A DNA stretch of 64,000 nucleotides from Rhodothermales bacterium (GTDB taxonomy: Bacteria; Bacteroidota; Rhodothermia; Rhodothermales; UBA10348): contig CBDFGO010000002.1 of NCBI GenBank assembly GCA_965247125.1, forward strand, positions 1,062,379-1,126,378, in the 5' to 3' direction. The translations under genes and the position numbers were made by a program. How positions within the stretch are numbered: position 1 is the first letter of the stretch; the number at the start of each line of letters is the position of its first letter. This document shows positions 16,979 to 26,041 of this stretch, in pieces. The notes beneath the pieces were generated by a model, which was not told the DNA's origin, did no database searches, and saw only the letters and a list, made by a program, of their open reading frames with translations.

Positions 16979-17554
16979 TCAGTTGGTCGCTTCTAGGTAC
17001 GATCCAGAAGAGACACTGAAGAACACAGTCTGTACAACCTTGTGTTCTTTCCCGGTCTGTGAATCGAGTAGAGAAATCGTCACCTGGCGACTTTGAAAAG
17101 GAACTGCGACCGCACTTTCACCGGCTACAAATTCATACGTGAGTACACGACCATTTTCTAGACCCCGAGAAATCTGGGTGACCATGCTGCTGTTGCCACC
17201 AGTACCAGTCAACCTGATGCGCCCGTGGCTCTGGCCAAGACTGGTATCGCCCGTAATCCACAACTCGGTTCCTTCGGGCATTTCGAAGTCGAGCTCAGCC
17301 GTGAGTATCACATTCTCAATATTGGTCGTGAGATTGTAGAATGTCGATCCATCGGTCAGGGAGATGCTTTCGCGATCGCTCGTCTTGTCGACGATTAGAG
17401 GCGCGGGATTTCCAGAGACGGCTAAAACGGCGATCCGGCCAATAGAGATGGTGACGGTGTGGGATGCTGTTTCCTGAAATTCCTGAGCGTGAACACACGC
17501 GGGTCTGATCAACAGGACCAATAAGGGACAGATAAAAAAGCGAGAAACACTCAT
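16979..17554 (-). CDS. Hypothetical secreted protein (~191 aa, beta-rich)
   Basis: The likely start ATG 17554 gives the signal peptide MSVSRFFICPLLVLLIRPACVHAQE. I recognise no family. The longer ORF to 17623 is probably an upstream extension. Confidence 0.55.
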   Translation of the reverse strand: MSVSRFFICPLLVLLIRPACVHAQEFQETASHTVTISIGRIAVLAVSGNPAPLIVDKTSDRESISLTDGSTFYNLTTNIENVILTAELDFEMPEGTELWITGDTSLGQSHGRIRLTGTGGNSSMVTQISRGLENGRVLTYEFVAGESAVAVPFQSRQVTISLLDSQTGKEHKVVQTVFFSVSSGSYLEATN

Positions 17555-17756
17555 GAGGCTAAAACTCGTCAGGCGGCAAGGGATAAGCGAGCCACACTTA
17601 GTGTATACGACGAAAAACTCCAATTTAGTATTCGGTTTTGGTTTCGGGTGATTAAATTCGGGATCCGCCGGAGATAGCTACGCTGTTTCTCGTAGTTGCA
17701 AGGGTAGAAAAACGCAATTTTCTTAAGTGTGGGGGGAGGTCGAAAGGCCAAAAGGG

Positions 17757-19601
17757 CTATTTCTGCAGGATAACGGCCTGTGTTTGTATTCTACCGCTGG
17801 AAGGGAGGAGTCGCACGAAATACATGCCGGAGGGAAGATTTGAACCGTCTATTTGAAGACTATTGGCAGTATTCGTCGTGGCATAACCATCGAAAAGAGT
17901 TTGCCGCAATCTGCCAAGCGAATCCCATAGCTCGACGCGCACCGGTTGCGCCTGAGTGACGTCGAAATTAATTCGGGACTGGGGATTGAACGGATTCGGA
18001 TAGGCTGGGTGAAGCGTGGTGGTTTCAACGGGTAAATAATCAACTTCGTCTTCAACACCCACCGACGCAGTTTTCTGGAAGATGCAGATATCTCCGGCGA
18101 AATTGCAACCTATGGGTTCCCCGAAGTTTCCGTCGTGGTTACCCTGGATGTTGATGCGGATCGTCTCACCGGGCTTGATACAGTCGTTGTCCGCGACCGG
18201 GGTCACGCGGTAATTCCCGCCGACCAGCACCCAGTTCGAGGGCCAAATATTGTTGACCGTCATTCCGTTGACCAATTTGAACTCAAGCGCCCAGCCACGG
18301 ATGATGCTTTCACCAGTATTGGTGATGTCGATGAAGCCGACATAAGTCGACGGTTGAACGCTGATGAGTCGAAAATCGATCTCAGGAAGCCGTGCGGCTC
18401 CGGGTACCGGATTGTCGCATGAAACGGTCGGATCTCCACCGGTCCCTCCCCCAGTATCGGGAGGATCGACAGGTGTGCCGGTTCCAGTTCCGTCCGAGTC
18501 CTGTACGTCTTGCTGGATCTCGAATTTCAGGAGACAGGGGATGGAGTTTATCGTGCACCCTTCAGGAGCTTCAATCTTACCGCCCCATGTACCCTTGATC
18601 ACAAAGGTGTACTCACTCTGGGGCATGATGCGTCCCCTTCCGAAAGCGGGACGAATCGTGTAAAGACCACTCGAGCGATCAACAATCACTCCCTCGGCTT
18701 CTGTGATGGTGTTACCCATGTTGAATCGAAGGGTCCAGGAAGACAGTTCGTTCATGGTCGGATTTTCAATCCGGATGTATCCTTCCCAGGTAGTACCCGT
18801 GACCTCTCCCATCTTCAGATACACGTTCAATCCGGGAGTTTCGACCAGGCGGTCGGGAGGCTGAAACGAGCAGGAGCTGCCATTCAGCTTACAGTTGGTG
18901 GGAAGGGACGGAATTCCCGTGTGTACGCCGCTAAATGGGATAAGCACAAAATCGTGGGGGCGAACGATGTCGGTGTGAGCATTTCCGTAGAGCTGATAGT
19001 CGGTCCCGGACCGGCTCCAGACCACGTTCTCGATGTCAACGATCTGCGACGGTGTCGAAAACTGCAGGCCCCACGGTGCCGAGAACACTCGATCAGTGGG
19101 ATTCTGGACTACGAAAAAGCCATTGTACGTGGTGAAATCATACTCCTCAATCCAGGCTGATACGATCATCTCTGATGACTGGGCGACGAGCGGCACATGA
19201 TCGGGATGGGGCTCAACCGTGCAGGCTCCGCCATTGAAAAAACAGTTTCTGGGGGGTTCAGGAATGCCGTCATAGGCGATTCCGGTGATCGTGAACCACA
19301 CGACTTCTCCAGGCTCAATGCGATGGGTCCAGCCCTGTCCGGTCACTGTGAACACGTCCTGAAACTCACTCCAGTTGACGTGTTCAATATTGGTGACGTG
19401 CTGATCGACCCGAAAAGTCATCGTCCAGTTCGACAGGGGCACACTCGTCATGTTCGTGAGCATGACATGGGCCGTGTATTGCCCCTCGTGGACGGTATCG
19501 ACGAGATATACGACGCGAACTTCCTGTGCGAGAGACACTCTCGGCACAAGAATCATAAAAAGAAAAAGCGTAAAAACGGCCCAACTACGGCGCATACTCA
19601 A
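17757..19601 (-). CDS. Secreted protein with four CBM2-like beta-sandwich repeats and a T9SS C-terminal sorting domain
   Basis: Signal peptide MSMRRSWAVFTLFLFMILVPRVSLAQE. Four ~100-aa repeats each show the pattern x-N-x-T...(S/N)W(T/A)L-x-F...W...(P)GE...C-x-(F/L/I)N(G/S)xxC. A Gly/Thr/Pro linker follows. The tail AYPNPFNPQSRINFDV...GMYFVRL is a Por_Secre_tail signature. Confidence 0.65.
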   Translation of the reverse strand: MSMRRSWAVFTLFLFMILVPRVSLAQEVRVVYLVDTVHEGQYTAHVMLTNMTSVPLSNWTMTFRVDQHVTNIEHVNWSEFQDVFTVTGQGWTHRIEPGEVVWFTITGIAYDGIPEPPRNCFFNGGACTVEPHPDHVPLVAQSSEMIVSAWIEEYDFTTYNGFFVVQNPTDRVFSAPWGLQFSTPSQIVDIENVVWSRSGTDYQLYGNAHTDIVRPHDFVLIPFSGVHTGIPSLPTNCKLNGSSCSFQPPDRLVETPGLNVYLKMGEVTGTTWEGYIRIENPTMNELSSWTLRFNMGNTITEAEGVIVDRSSGLYTIRPAFGRGRIMPQSEYTFVIKGTWGGKIEAPEGCTINSIPCLLKFEIQQDVQDSDGTGTGTPVDPPDTGGGTGGDPTVSCDNPVPGAARLPEIDFRLISVQPSTYVGFIDITNTGESIIRGWALEFKLVNGMTVNNIWPSNWVLVGGNYRVTPVADNDCIKPGETIRINIQGNHDGNFGEPIGCNFAGDICIFQKTASVGVEDEVDYLPVETTTLHPAYPNPFNPQSRINFDVTQAQPVRVELWDSLGRLRQTLFDGYATTNTANSLQIDGSNLPSGMYFVRLLPSSGRIQTQAVILQK

Positions 19602-19699
19602 CCCGGAAGCGTTAAAACTCCCTGTCAGAATGAGGAGGACGGTGAAGAAAGGCGGTGTATCGTCCGCAGTTGAGAACGGAATTAAACTCGTTTTTTGCG

Positions 19700-19779
19700 C
19701 TAATGGAGCCTGATCCTAGTGGAGCCTGATCCTAGTGAAGCCTGATCCTAGTGAAGCCTGATCCTAGTGAAGCCTGATC
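19700..19779. repeat. Tandem repeat, 5 x 16 bp (CTAGTGAAGCCTGATC on the plus strand; GATCAGGCTTCACTAG on the minus strand)
   Basis: Copies at 19700, 19716, 19732, 19748 and 19764. The three copies nearest the gene are identical, and the outer two differ by 1-2 nt. The first 3 nt of the copy at 19764 are the stop codon of the gene at 19764-22907. Confidence 0.95.
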
Positions 19780-22700
19780 ATGGTGCGGGTTTTGGTACCG
19801 GCGACCGTTTCGATCTGAACGAAGTAGGCGCCCGCTGACGCGCCAGCGCCGTTCCAGGAGTGCTCGTGCGAACCTGGTAGGACCTGTCCATCGAACAAGG
19901 TGGCGATGAGGCGTCCTTGAATGTTGAATATTCGAACCCCCGCGTGGCCTGCGATGTTGGCTGACCAGCGAACGGTGACCGCGGAGCCGAAAGGATTCGG
20001 ATAAACGCTTTCCAGCTCGAATTCTACCGGAATTTCCGCCACAGCATCCTCAACATCCGTTGGAACCTCCGACAGTGGTAGCGACCATACGCCGCGCCCG
20101 TGGGTGGCCAGGACGACCTGATCTTCGATGAGTCGCATCTGCCAGATTGAGACCGCCGGAAGCCCGTTGTCGGCGATATTCCAGCTCAATCCGTCGTCGA
20201 GAGACTCCACGATCCCGATTTCCGTCGCAGCCCACAGAACGGGTGAGTCGGGAAAATCCAGCATATCGAACGTAGCTACGTCCGGGAAACCGTTCTGACT
20301 CGGCGCGCCGGGCGGGCCATTGTGAAACCCTGAGATATCTACCCAGGTCTGGCCCATGTCGGTGGTTCGAAGAACTTTTGCGGTGTCGAAGAAAGAAAAC
20401 GTAGCGTACGCTACCGAATCCTCATCGTGGCTCGTTGAAAGACCAGCTAGGCTTCCCGGGGCGAAGTCGGGAGTAATGGTAGACACGAATGTGTCACCCC
20501 CATCGGTTGATACCTGAAGCTTTCCAAGCTCATCGTTTCCGCCGTTGAGGACGGGGTCCATTTCGTAACCGGCCCACACGATCTCGGGATTGGCGTTGGA
20601 GACACGGACCTTTCCGGAAGAGCCATAGCCCCAATCTTCTTCCGGAATGGCTGTAAGCGTCCACGAGGCCGCAAAGTCCACGCTCTTCCAGACGCCCGAT
20701 TTACCGATCGTGTAGACGATATCAGAATTTAGATGATTGTAGGCCAGGGTCGTGAGGAACTGCGCGCAGTCGCAGCTACTGCCCGTGTCCGCGAGACCGG
20801 TCGTTGCCCCGTCCCAGTTGATCCCGCCGTCGACTGATCGTCGGAAATTGGTCCACTGCGAGGAAACAATCAGACGCCTGTCATCTTGCTTATGCCAGAT
20901 GGCGTCAAATCCGTCTCCGCCCGCTGCGGGCTGCCAGGCGGACGCGGCGCTGGGATTTCCGAGTGAGCGCCAGGAGCCGTTGTCTTGTGTCCCACCGATG
21001 TACAGGTCGCCTCCGGGCTTTTTGTCCACTCCATAGAACTGAGAGGTGTTGTATCCTCGAGAGCGATCGTTCCAGTTCGACCCGGCATCTCCGGAATAGA
21101 AAACGCCGCCGTCATTGCCGGCGACGAGTTCAAATGCCTCGCCCTCCGTGCCCGTCTCGAATATCGCCAGGGTGTGCTGATCTACATGGATCGCAGATCC
21201 AACTGTTGTTGTCGTTCTGGTCGGCGTACTCACATTCAGGTAGTTGAATCGCAGGATAGATTCGGGCAGGTCGGATGCATCCCATGTCGCACCCGGCGAC
21301 AATATGGGCCAGAAAAAATAGGCCAGATCGTTCACGACCCCACCGTTCTGGGCGATGTCCGGATCGGGGATTGCGCCGGTATAAGGCCGGGATGAAATCA
21401 GCACGTACTCTCTCCCCAGATCGTTCTGGTCCCGCTCGATCAGATCAAAGACGCCATCGTCGGATCGATCCCTGAATGAAACATGCAGTTGTCGATTGTT
21501 GGTTATATCCCAGACTTCAAATGGTACTGTTACGTAATCCACGTATGGGTAGTCGGCAAAATCGACACCCGACATGTCTGGTGGCACGAATCGGTGGGCA
21601 AACTGGGAGCGGTCAGATCCGAACCGAACTTCGACGGAAACCATTTGAGACGTGCTGATCGTGCTTTCCGGTTCCTCCGTTCCGAGTCTCAGCGCGCCGC
21701 CGAGATGATCCGCCCCAAAACTGATGAATGATAGAAAGCTCGAGGTTGCCTCCTCCTGCGAACCCACAAAGTAACTTATTTCTCTTTCGCCGGTCTCGGT
21801 GAGTCTATGGATCCGAAGTCCTCCCATGAAGACGACATCGGCATCGAAGGGATGGGGGGTCACCATCAGGTCGTACCATCCCTGATCAAGCGCAATGTCG
21901 ATCACTGGAGTAAGAGTGGCCTGCTGGAAGGGAAGCCATAGTGCGCCCCTGTCTTTGGACACATATACGGGGTCTGGGCCGTCGCGAGATTCTATGAGCG
22001 CGTAAAGCCGGGCGGGGTCTGCCGGGGAGACGCCGAATTCAATGCGGTTATTAGTGCCGGCTTCACTGATTCCTTCGCTGGACAGCGCCCACGACACGCC
22101 CCCATCCGTAGATTTCCAGATTCCAGAGCCTTCATCTACGGCGTACTGGATGTTGAAATTCCCCGGCTCGTCCACGATCTGGGTGAACCCTCGGAAACCG
22201 TCGGGCTCTTTCACTTCAATCCAGGATCCTCCACCGTCGGTCGATCGCATAATTCCACCCTGGGTGGCTGCCACCACAAGATTCGGGTCGGAGGGTGAGA
22301 CGATGAGACGGTTCACAAAACGGAAACCGGTTACTCCTACCGTGGAGGTAAGCGGGATCCAGGTCGTTCCACCATCGGTGGACTTCAGAACTCCGTCACC
22401 GATGACCGCGTCTACGTTATCGTATCCTTCCCCTGTTCCCGCGTAGAAGATCGACGGATTCGAGGGCGCCTGGACCATTGTTGAGACGGCAAGTCTCGGA
22501 AGGTCGTCGGTCAATGCCGTCCAATTGAATCCTTTGTCGGTTGTCTTCCAGATTCCGCCACCCACAGATCCGGCAAACCAGGTTTGGCCGGTCGGGTCAT
22601 TTGCATCGATTACGATGGTGCGAGTTCGCCCTCCGAAGTTTCCAGGGCCGCGCTCGACCCAGGCCAGGGCAGGACCAGAAGATTTGCGCGTTGTCCTCAG

Positions 22701-22907
22701 TTCATTAATCGCAGCGCGGCGGTATCCGGTCTTGTAGCCCGAAACATCCTGACCCTCCTTGACGGTGATGTTGTGAAAATATTTGGCAAACTCATCTGGA
22801 AAACCCTGAATACCCGCATCAGAATTGAGGTCGAAAGGCCTTGCAGAGTCAATTGCCAGGGTGACTAGGAAGATGGCGAGGAGAAAGATGGTGAGCAGAT
22901 TGCGCAT
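19764..22907 (-). CDS. BNR/Asp-box repeat protein (sortilin/VPS10- or GH74-like beta-propellers) with a T9SS C-terminal sorting domain
   Basis: The likely start ATG 22907 gives MRNLLTIFLLAIFLVTLAIDSA. There are ~10 SxDxGxxW Asp-boxes (STDGGTTW, STDGGGSW, STDGGVSW, SVDGGINW, TTDMGQTW...). The tail reads VYPNPFGSAVTVRW...GAYFVQI. Confidence 0.75.
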   Translation of the reverse strand: MRNLLTIFLLAIFLVTLAIDSARPFDLNSDAGIQGFPDEFAKYFHNITVKEGQDVSGYKTGYRRAAINELRTTRKSSGPALAWVERGPGNFGGRTRTIVIDANDPTGQTWFAGSVGGGIWKTTDKGFNWTALTDDLPRLAVSTMVQAPSNPSIFYAGTGEGYDNVDAVIGDGVLKSTDGGTTWIPLTSTVGVTGFRFVNRLIVSPSDPNLVVAATQGGIMRSTDGGGSWIEVKEPDGFRGFTQIVDEPGNFNIQYAVDEGSGIWKSTDGGVSWALSSEGISEAGTNNRIEFGVSPADPARLYALIESRDGPDPVYVSKDRGALWLPFQQATLTPVIDIALDQGWYDLMVTPHPFDADVVFMGGLRIHRLTETGEREISYFVGSQEEATSSFLSFISFGADHLGGALRLGTEEPESTISTSQMVSVEVRFGSDRSQFAHRFVPPDMSGVDFADYPYVDYVTVPFEVWDITNNRQLHVSFRDRSDDGVFDLIERDQNDLGREYVLISSRPYTGAIPDPDIAQNGGVVNDLAYFFWPILSPGATWDASDLPESILRFNYLNVSTPTRTTTTVGSAIHVDQHTLAIFETGTEGEAFELVAGNDGGVFYSGDAGSNWNDRSRGYNTSQFYGVDKKPGGDLYIGGTQDNGSWRSLGNPSAASAWQPAAGGDGFDAIWHKQDDRRLIVSSQWTNFRRSVDGGINWDGATTGLADTGSSCDCAQFLTTLAYNHLNSDIVYTIGKSGVWKSVDFAASWTLTAIPEEDWGYGSSGKVRVSNANPEIVWAGYEMDPVLNGGNDELGKLQVSTDGGDTFVSTITPDFAPGSLAGLSTSHDEDSVAYATFSFFDTAKVLRTTDMGQTWVDISGFHNGPPGAPSQNGFPDVATFDMLDFPDSPVLWAATEIGIVESLDDGLSWNIADNGLPAVSIWQMRLIEDQVVLATHGRGVWSLPLSEVPTDVEDAVAEIPVEFELESVYPNPFGSAVTVRWSANIAGHAGVRIFNIQGRLIATLFDGQVLPGSHEHSWNGAGASAGAYFVQIETVAGTKTRTMIRLH

Positions 22908-23049
22908 GGATGTCCGATCAACGTCTGCGATTGCGAAAAGTGTACGCGCGGAAGTACCTTCTCGCGCGACCAAGCATTGCTGTACCGATAGCCAATATAC
23001 CACTTTGACTTCTTGTAAGCCCACCCTTTTCAATTCATCATCCTACGTC

Positions 23050-25578
23050 ATGCGTTCTCGTATTCTGACCACACTCCTTTCGTCTTTTATGCTGCTTCCC
23101 GCGATCGCCCAGGAAAGCCTGCAATCGCCGAGTTCGTTTCTTGGCTACGAGCTGGGGTCGACGTTTTCCCGCCATCACCAGGTAGTGGATTACTTCAATC
23201 ACGTGGCCCGGGCGTCCAACCGCGTGACAACGGTGCGATACGGCACGACGAACGAGGGTCGACCGCTGATGGTAGCGATAGTCTCATCACCGTCGAATAT
23301 GGCTCGCCTGGAGGAGATTCAGAAAGACAACCTCAGACTGGCCAATATTGAAACCGGTGACGTGACGGGAGAGACGCTCGCCATCGTCTGGCTGAGCTAC
23401 AACGTCCATGGAGACGAGTCAAACAGCACCGAAGCGTCCCTTTCCACACTCTACGCGCTGGCCGATCCGGGAAATGCCAGATCTACCGACTGGTTGGAAA
23501 ACACAGTGGTCATTCTGGATCCCGCCATTAATCCCGACGGGCGCGATCGATACGCGAACTGGTTCAACATGGTAGTTGGCGATGAGATGAACGTCAGCCC
23601 AGCTGCGGCCGAGCACGCTCAGCCCTGGCCGGGAGGCAGAACGAACCATTACTACTTCGACCTGAACCGCGACTGGTCTTGGCAGACGCAGATCGAGACG
23701 GTGAGCCGCATGAAACTCTACAAAAAGTGGATGCCCCACATTCACGTCGATTTTCACGAACAGGGATACAACTCGCCTTACTATTTCGCTCCTGCCGCCG
23801 AACCCATCCACGAAGAGGTAACGGACTGGCAACGGGAATTTGAGACCATCATCGGACGCAATCACGCCAATTATTTTGACCGCGAGGGCTGGCTGTATTT
23901 CACGAAACAGAGCTTCGACATCCTGTATCCAGGCTATGGGGATTCCTTTCCCATGTTCAACGGAGCGATAGGAATGACCTATGAGCAGGCGGGTGGCGGC
24001 GGAGCCGGCCTGGGGATCAAGACGGCCATCGGCGACACGCTGACCCTTCTTGATCGGCTGACCCATCACACCACGACCGGTCTCTCAACGGTCGAAATGG
24101 CGGCCACACATCGGGACAGGGCCCTCACAGAATTCTCGAGCTATTTCGATAGAGCTCTATCGGACCCACCGGGAGCCTACAAAGCCTACGTCGTACGTGC
24201 ATCTTCAAATGGAAATCGACTCCAGGAGATGGCAGATAACCTGGACATGTTGGGTATATCTTACGGCAAAGCGTTGTCTGACACCAGAGTGCGCGGACTT
24301 GACTATCGCAGTAGCACGATTGGAAGGCAAACAATCACATCTGGGGATCTCGTCATCCCCGCTTCTCAGCCTCGCGCGGTTCTAACCAAGGTCTTGTTCG
24401 ATCCGAATACGGTGATGAGTGATTCACTGACGTACGATATCACCGCCTGGGCATTGCCCTACGCGTACGATGTGGAAGCTGTTGCGTCGAATGATGAGGT
24501 CGATTTCGGACCGTGGGAGAGATCAACCGCCACATCGATTGATCATGCTGAGAGGCCCTACGCGTATGTCATTCGATGGGATGACGCCGGAGACGCGGCC
24601 TTCCTGGCAGCGCTCCTCAAGCAAAAGTTTGTCGTGCGATACAATCTTCGTCCCTTTACCATTCACGGTGAGCGATTAGCCGAAGGCTCGCTCATCGTCA
24701 CGCGTCGCAATAATGAACGTTTCGGAGAGGAGTTCGAATCACAACTCGCCGCTTTGGCCCGCGCGCATTCTCAATCTGTTATGGGAATAGCAACTGGATT
24801 TGTGGACAGCGGTGCGGATTTGGGCTCCTCTGATGTCCGGTATGTAAAGGCTCCGCGCGTAGCCATGCCGTTTGGTCGCCCTGTAAGTTCGACTGGCGTG
24901 GGAGAAGTGTGGTATCTGTTCGACAAAGTGCTCGACTATCCGATCACCCGGTTCCCCGCAGATAGGTTCTCAACGCTCGAACTGGATGACTATGATGTGC
25001 TCGTGCTCCCCTCCTCCTCGTTTTCGACCATGTTGCCTGAGGCCCAGCTGGAACGCCTCTCATCCTGGATTCGAGGCGGGGGTCGCCTGATCGCCATCGA
25101 TCGTGCGGCTTCGTGGTTGGCGGGTAAAAAAGGCTTCTCTCTCAAAATGAAAGAAGCCGAAAAGGCCGCCGACAGTACAGCTACCGAGATTGCGCGCGCC
25201 AAGCGATATGTCGACAGAGGCCGCGACCGGGCCCCAACGTCGAACCCCGGGGCGATCTACCGGGTGAGCGTGGATACCTCTCACCCCCTGGGGTTCGGAT
25301 TCTCGAAAAACTCCTTCGTTCTTCGAAGCCGGGGGGATCACCCATCCGTGATGACGGGCACTGGAGACTGGAATGTCGGAATCGTCGAGGAGGATGGACG
25401 CGTGAGTGGTCACACAGGGTATAAGGCTGAGGAGCGAACGGAGGGGTCGCTTGCCTTCGGTGTGCAGTCGATGGGACGCGGAAGCGTGGTCTATTTGATG
25501 GACAATCCGCTCTACCGGGGATTCTGGAGATCGGGACGCATGCTTTTCGCGAACGCCTTGTTCATGGTCGGTCAGTAG
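23050..25578 (+). CDS. Secreted M14-family zinc carboxypeptidase-like protein with a long C-terminal extension
   Basis: The likely start ATG 23050 gives the signal peptide MRSRILTTLLSSFMLLPAIAQE. M14 features: GTTNEGRPL, HxxE zinc motif in NVHGDESN, NPDGRD and DFHE. Confidence 0.75.
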   Translation: MRSRILTTLLSSFMLLPAIAQESLQSPSSFLGYELGSTFSRHHQVVDYFNHVARASNRVTTVRYGTTNEGRPLMVAIVSSPSNMARLEEIQKDNLRLANIETGDVTGETLAIVWLSYNVHGDESNSTEASLSTLYALADPGNARSTDWLENTVVILDPAINPDGRDRYANWFNMVVGDEMNVSPAAAEHAQPWPGGRTNHYYFDLNRDWSWQTQIETVSRMKLYKKWMPHIHVDFHEQGYNSPYYFAPAAEPIHEEVTDWQREFETIIGRNHANYFDREGWLYFTKQSFDILYPGYGDSFPMFNGAIGMTYEQAGGGGAGLGIKTAIGDTLTLLDRLTHHTTTGLSTVEMAATHRDRALTEFSSYFDRALSDPPGAYKAYVVRASSNGNRLQEMADNLDMLGISYGKALSDTRVRGLDYRSSTIGRQTITSGDLVIPASQPRAVLTKVLFDPNTVMSDSLTYDITAWALPYAYDVEAVASNDEVDFGPWERSTATSIDHAERPYAYVIRWDDAGDAAFLAALLKQKFVVRYNLRPFTIHGERLAEGSLIVTRRNNERFGEEFESQLAALARAHSQSVMGIATGFVDSGADLGSSDVRYVKAPRVAMPFGRPVSSTGVGEVWYLFDKVLDYPITRFPADRFSTLELDDYDVLVLPSSSFSTMLPEAQLERLSSWIRGGGRLIAIDRAASWLAGKKGFSLKMKEAEKAADSTATEIARAKRYVDRGRDRAPTSNPGAIYRVSVDTSHPLGFGFSKNSFVLRSRGDHPSVMTGTGDWNVGIVEEDGRVSGHTGYKAEERTEGSLAFGVQSMGRGSVVYLMDNPLYRGFWRSGRMLFANALFMVGQ

Positions 25579-25599
25579 ATCGATCCAGAACGGCAGAAA

Positions 25600-25974
25600 T
25601 CACGGTGCGGCCGCCATCAAAAGTGAATAGGCAGCAGCCAGCATATCTGCCATGATGAGGAGGAAGAGGATGATGGTCTCGAGAATCGAAAAGTGGCGTC
25701 GCGCTTCGTACGCTCGTCTCATTTCCCGGGACCGGATGAATCCCTTTCGGTCGTTCATCAGAAGAATCAAGATCTGAAGAACGATCGCGAATCCGGTGAG
25801 TGCGACCCAGTTTACGTCCAGAATAACGGGAGTGATCACGCCCGCCACACCGAACGGTGCCACCAGCCAGAACACAGCCCACGCCGGAAGCCCGCGTTTT
25901 TTTTGGGACCTCTTCGTGCGTTGTTTGCGCTCAGCGCGCCGCGCCAGTTTTGTATCCAGGTCTACTTCTGCCAT
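25600..25974 (-). CDS. Hypothetical small membrane protein (basic N-terminus, 3 predicted TM helices)
   Basis: 124 aa with a K/R-rich N-terminus followed by hydrophobic helices AWAVFWLVAPFGVAGVITPVIL, ALTGFAIVLQILILL and ILETIILFLLIMADMLAAAY. Confidence 0.5.
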   Translation of the reverse strand: MAEVDLDTKLARRAERKQRTKRSQKKRGLPAWAVFWLVAPFGVAGVITPVILDVNWVALTGFAIVLQILILLMNDRKGFIRSREMRRAYEARRHFSILETIILFLLIMADMLAAAYSLLMAAAP

Positions 25975-26041
25975 TCGAACAATGCGTTAGTCACGTTTCT
26001 GAGGGGCGAATATATGAACCTGACGGGTATCTGCGGGTATC

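Noticed and set aside
19700-19779. Possible CRISPR array
   Set aside because: The repeats are only 16 bp and directly abut each other with no spacers. There are no cas genes in the window. This is a simple tandem repeat.
22825-23049. N-terminal ORF extensions of the divergent genes (22825-23049 plus strand; 22908-23033 minus strand) overlapping each other
   Set aside because: In both genes an internal ATG (23050 and 22907) is followed immediately by a textbook signal peptide. The upstream extensions overlap the neighbouring gene's promoter region and look non-coding.
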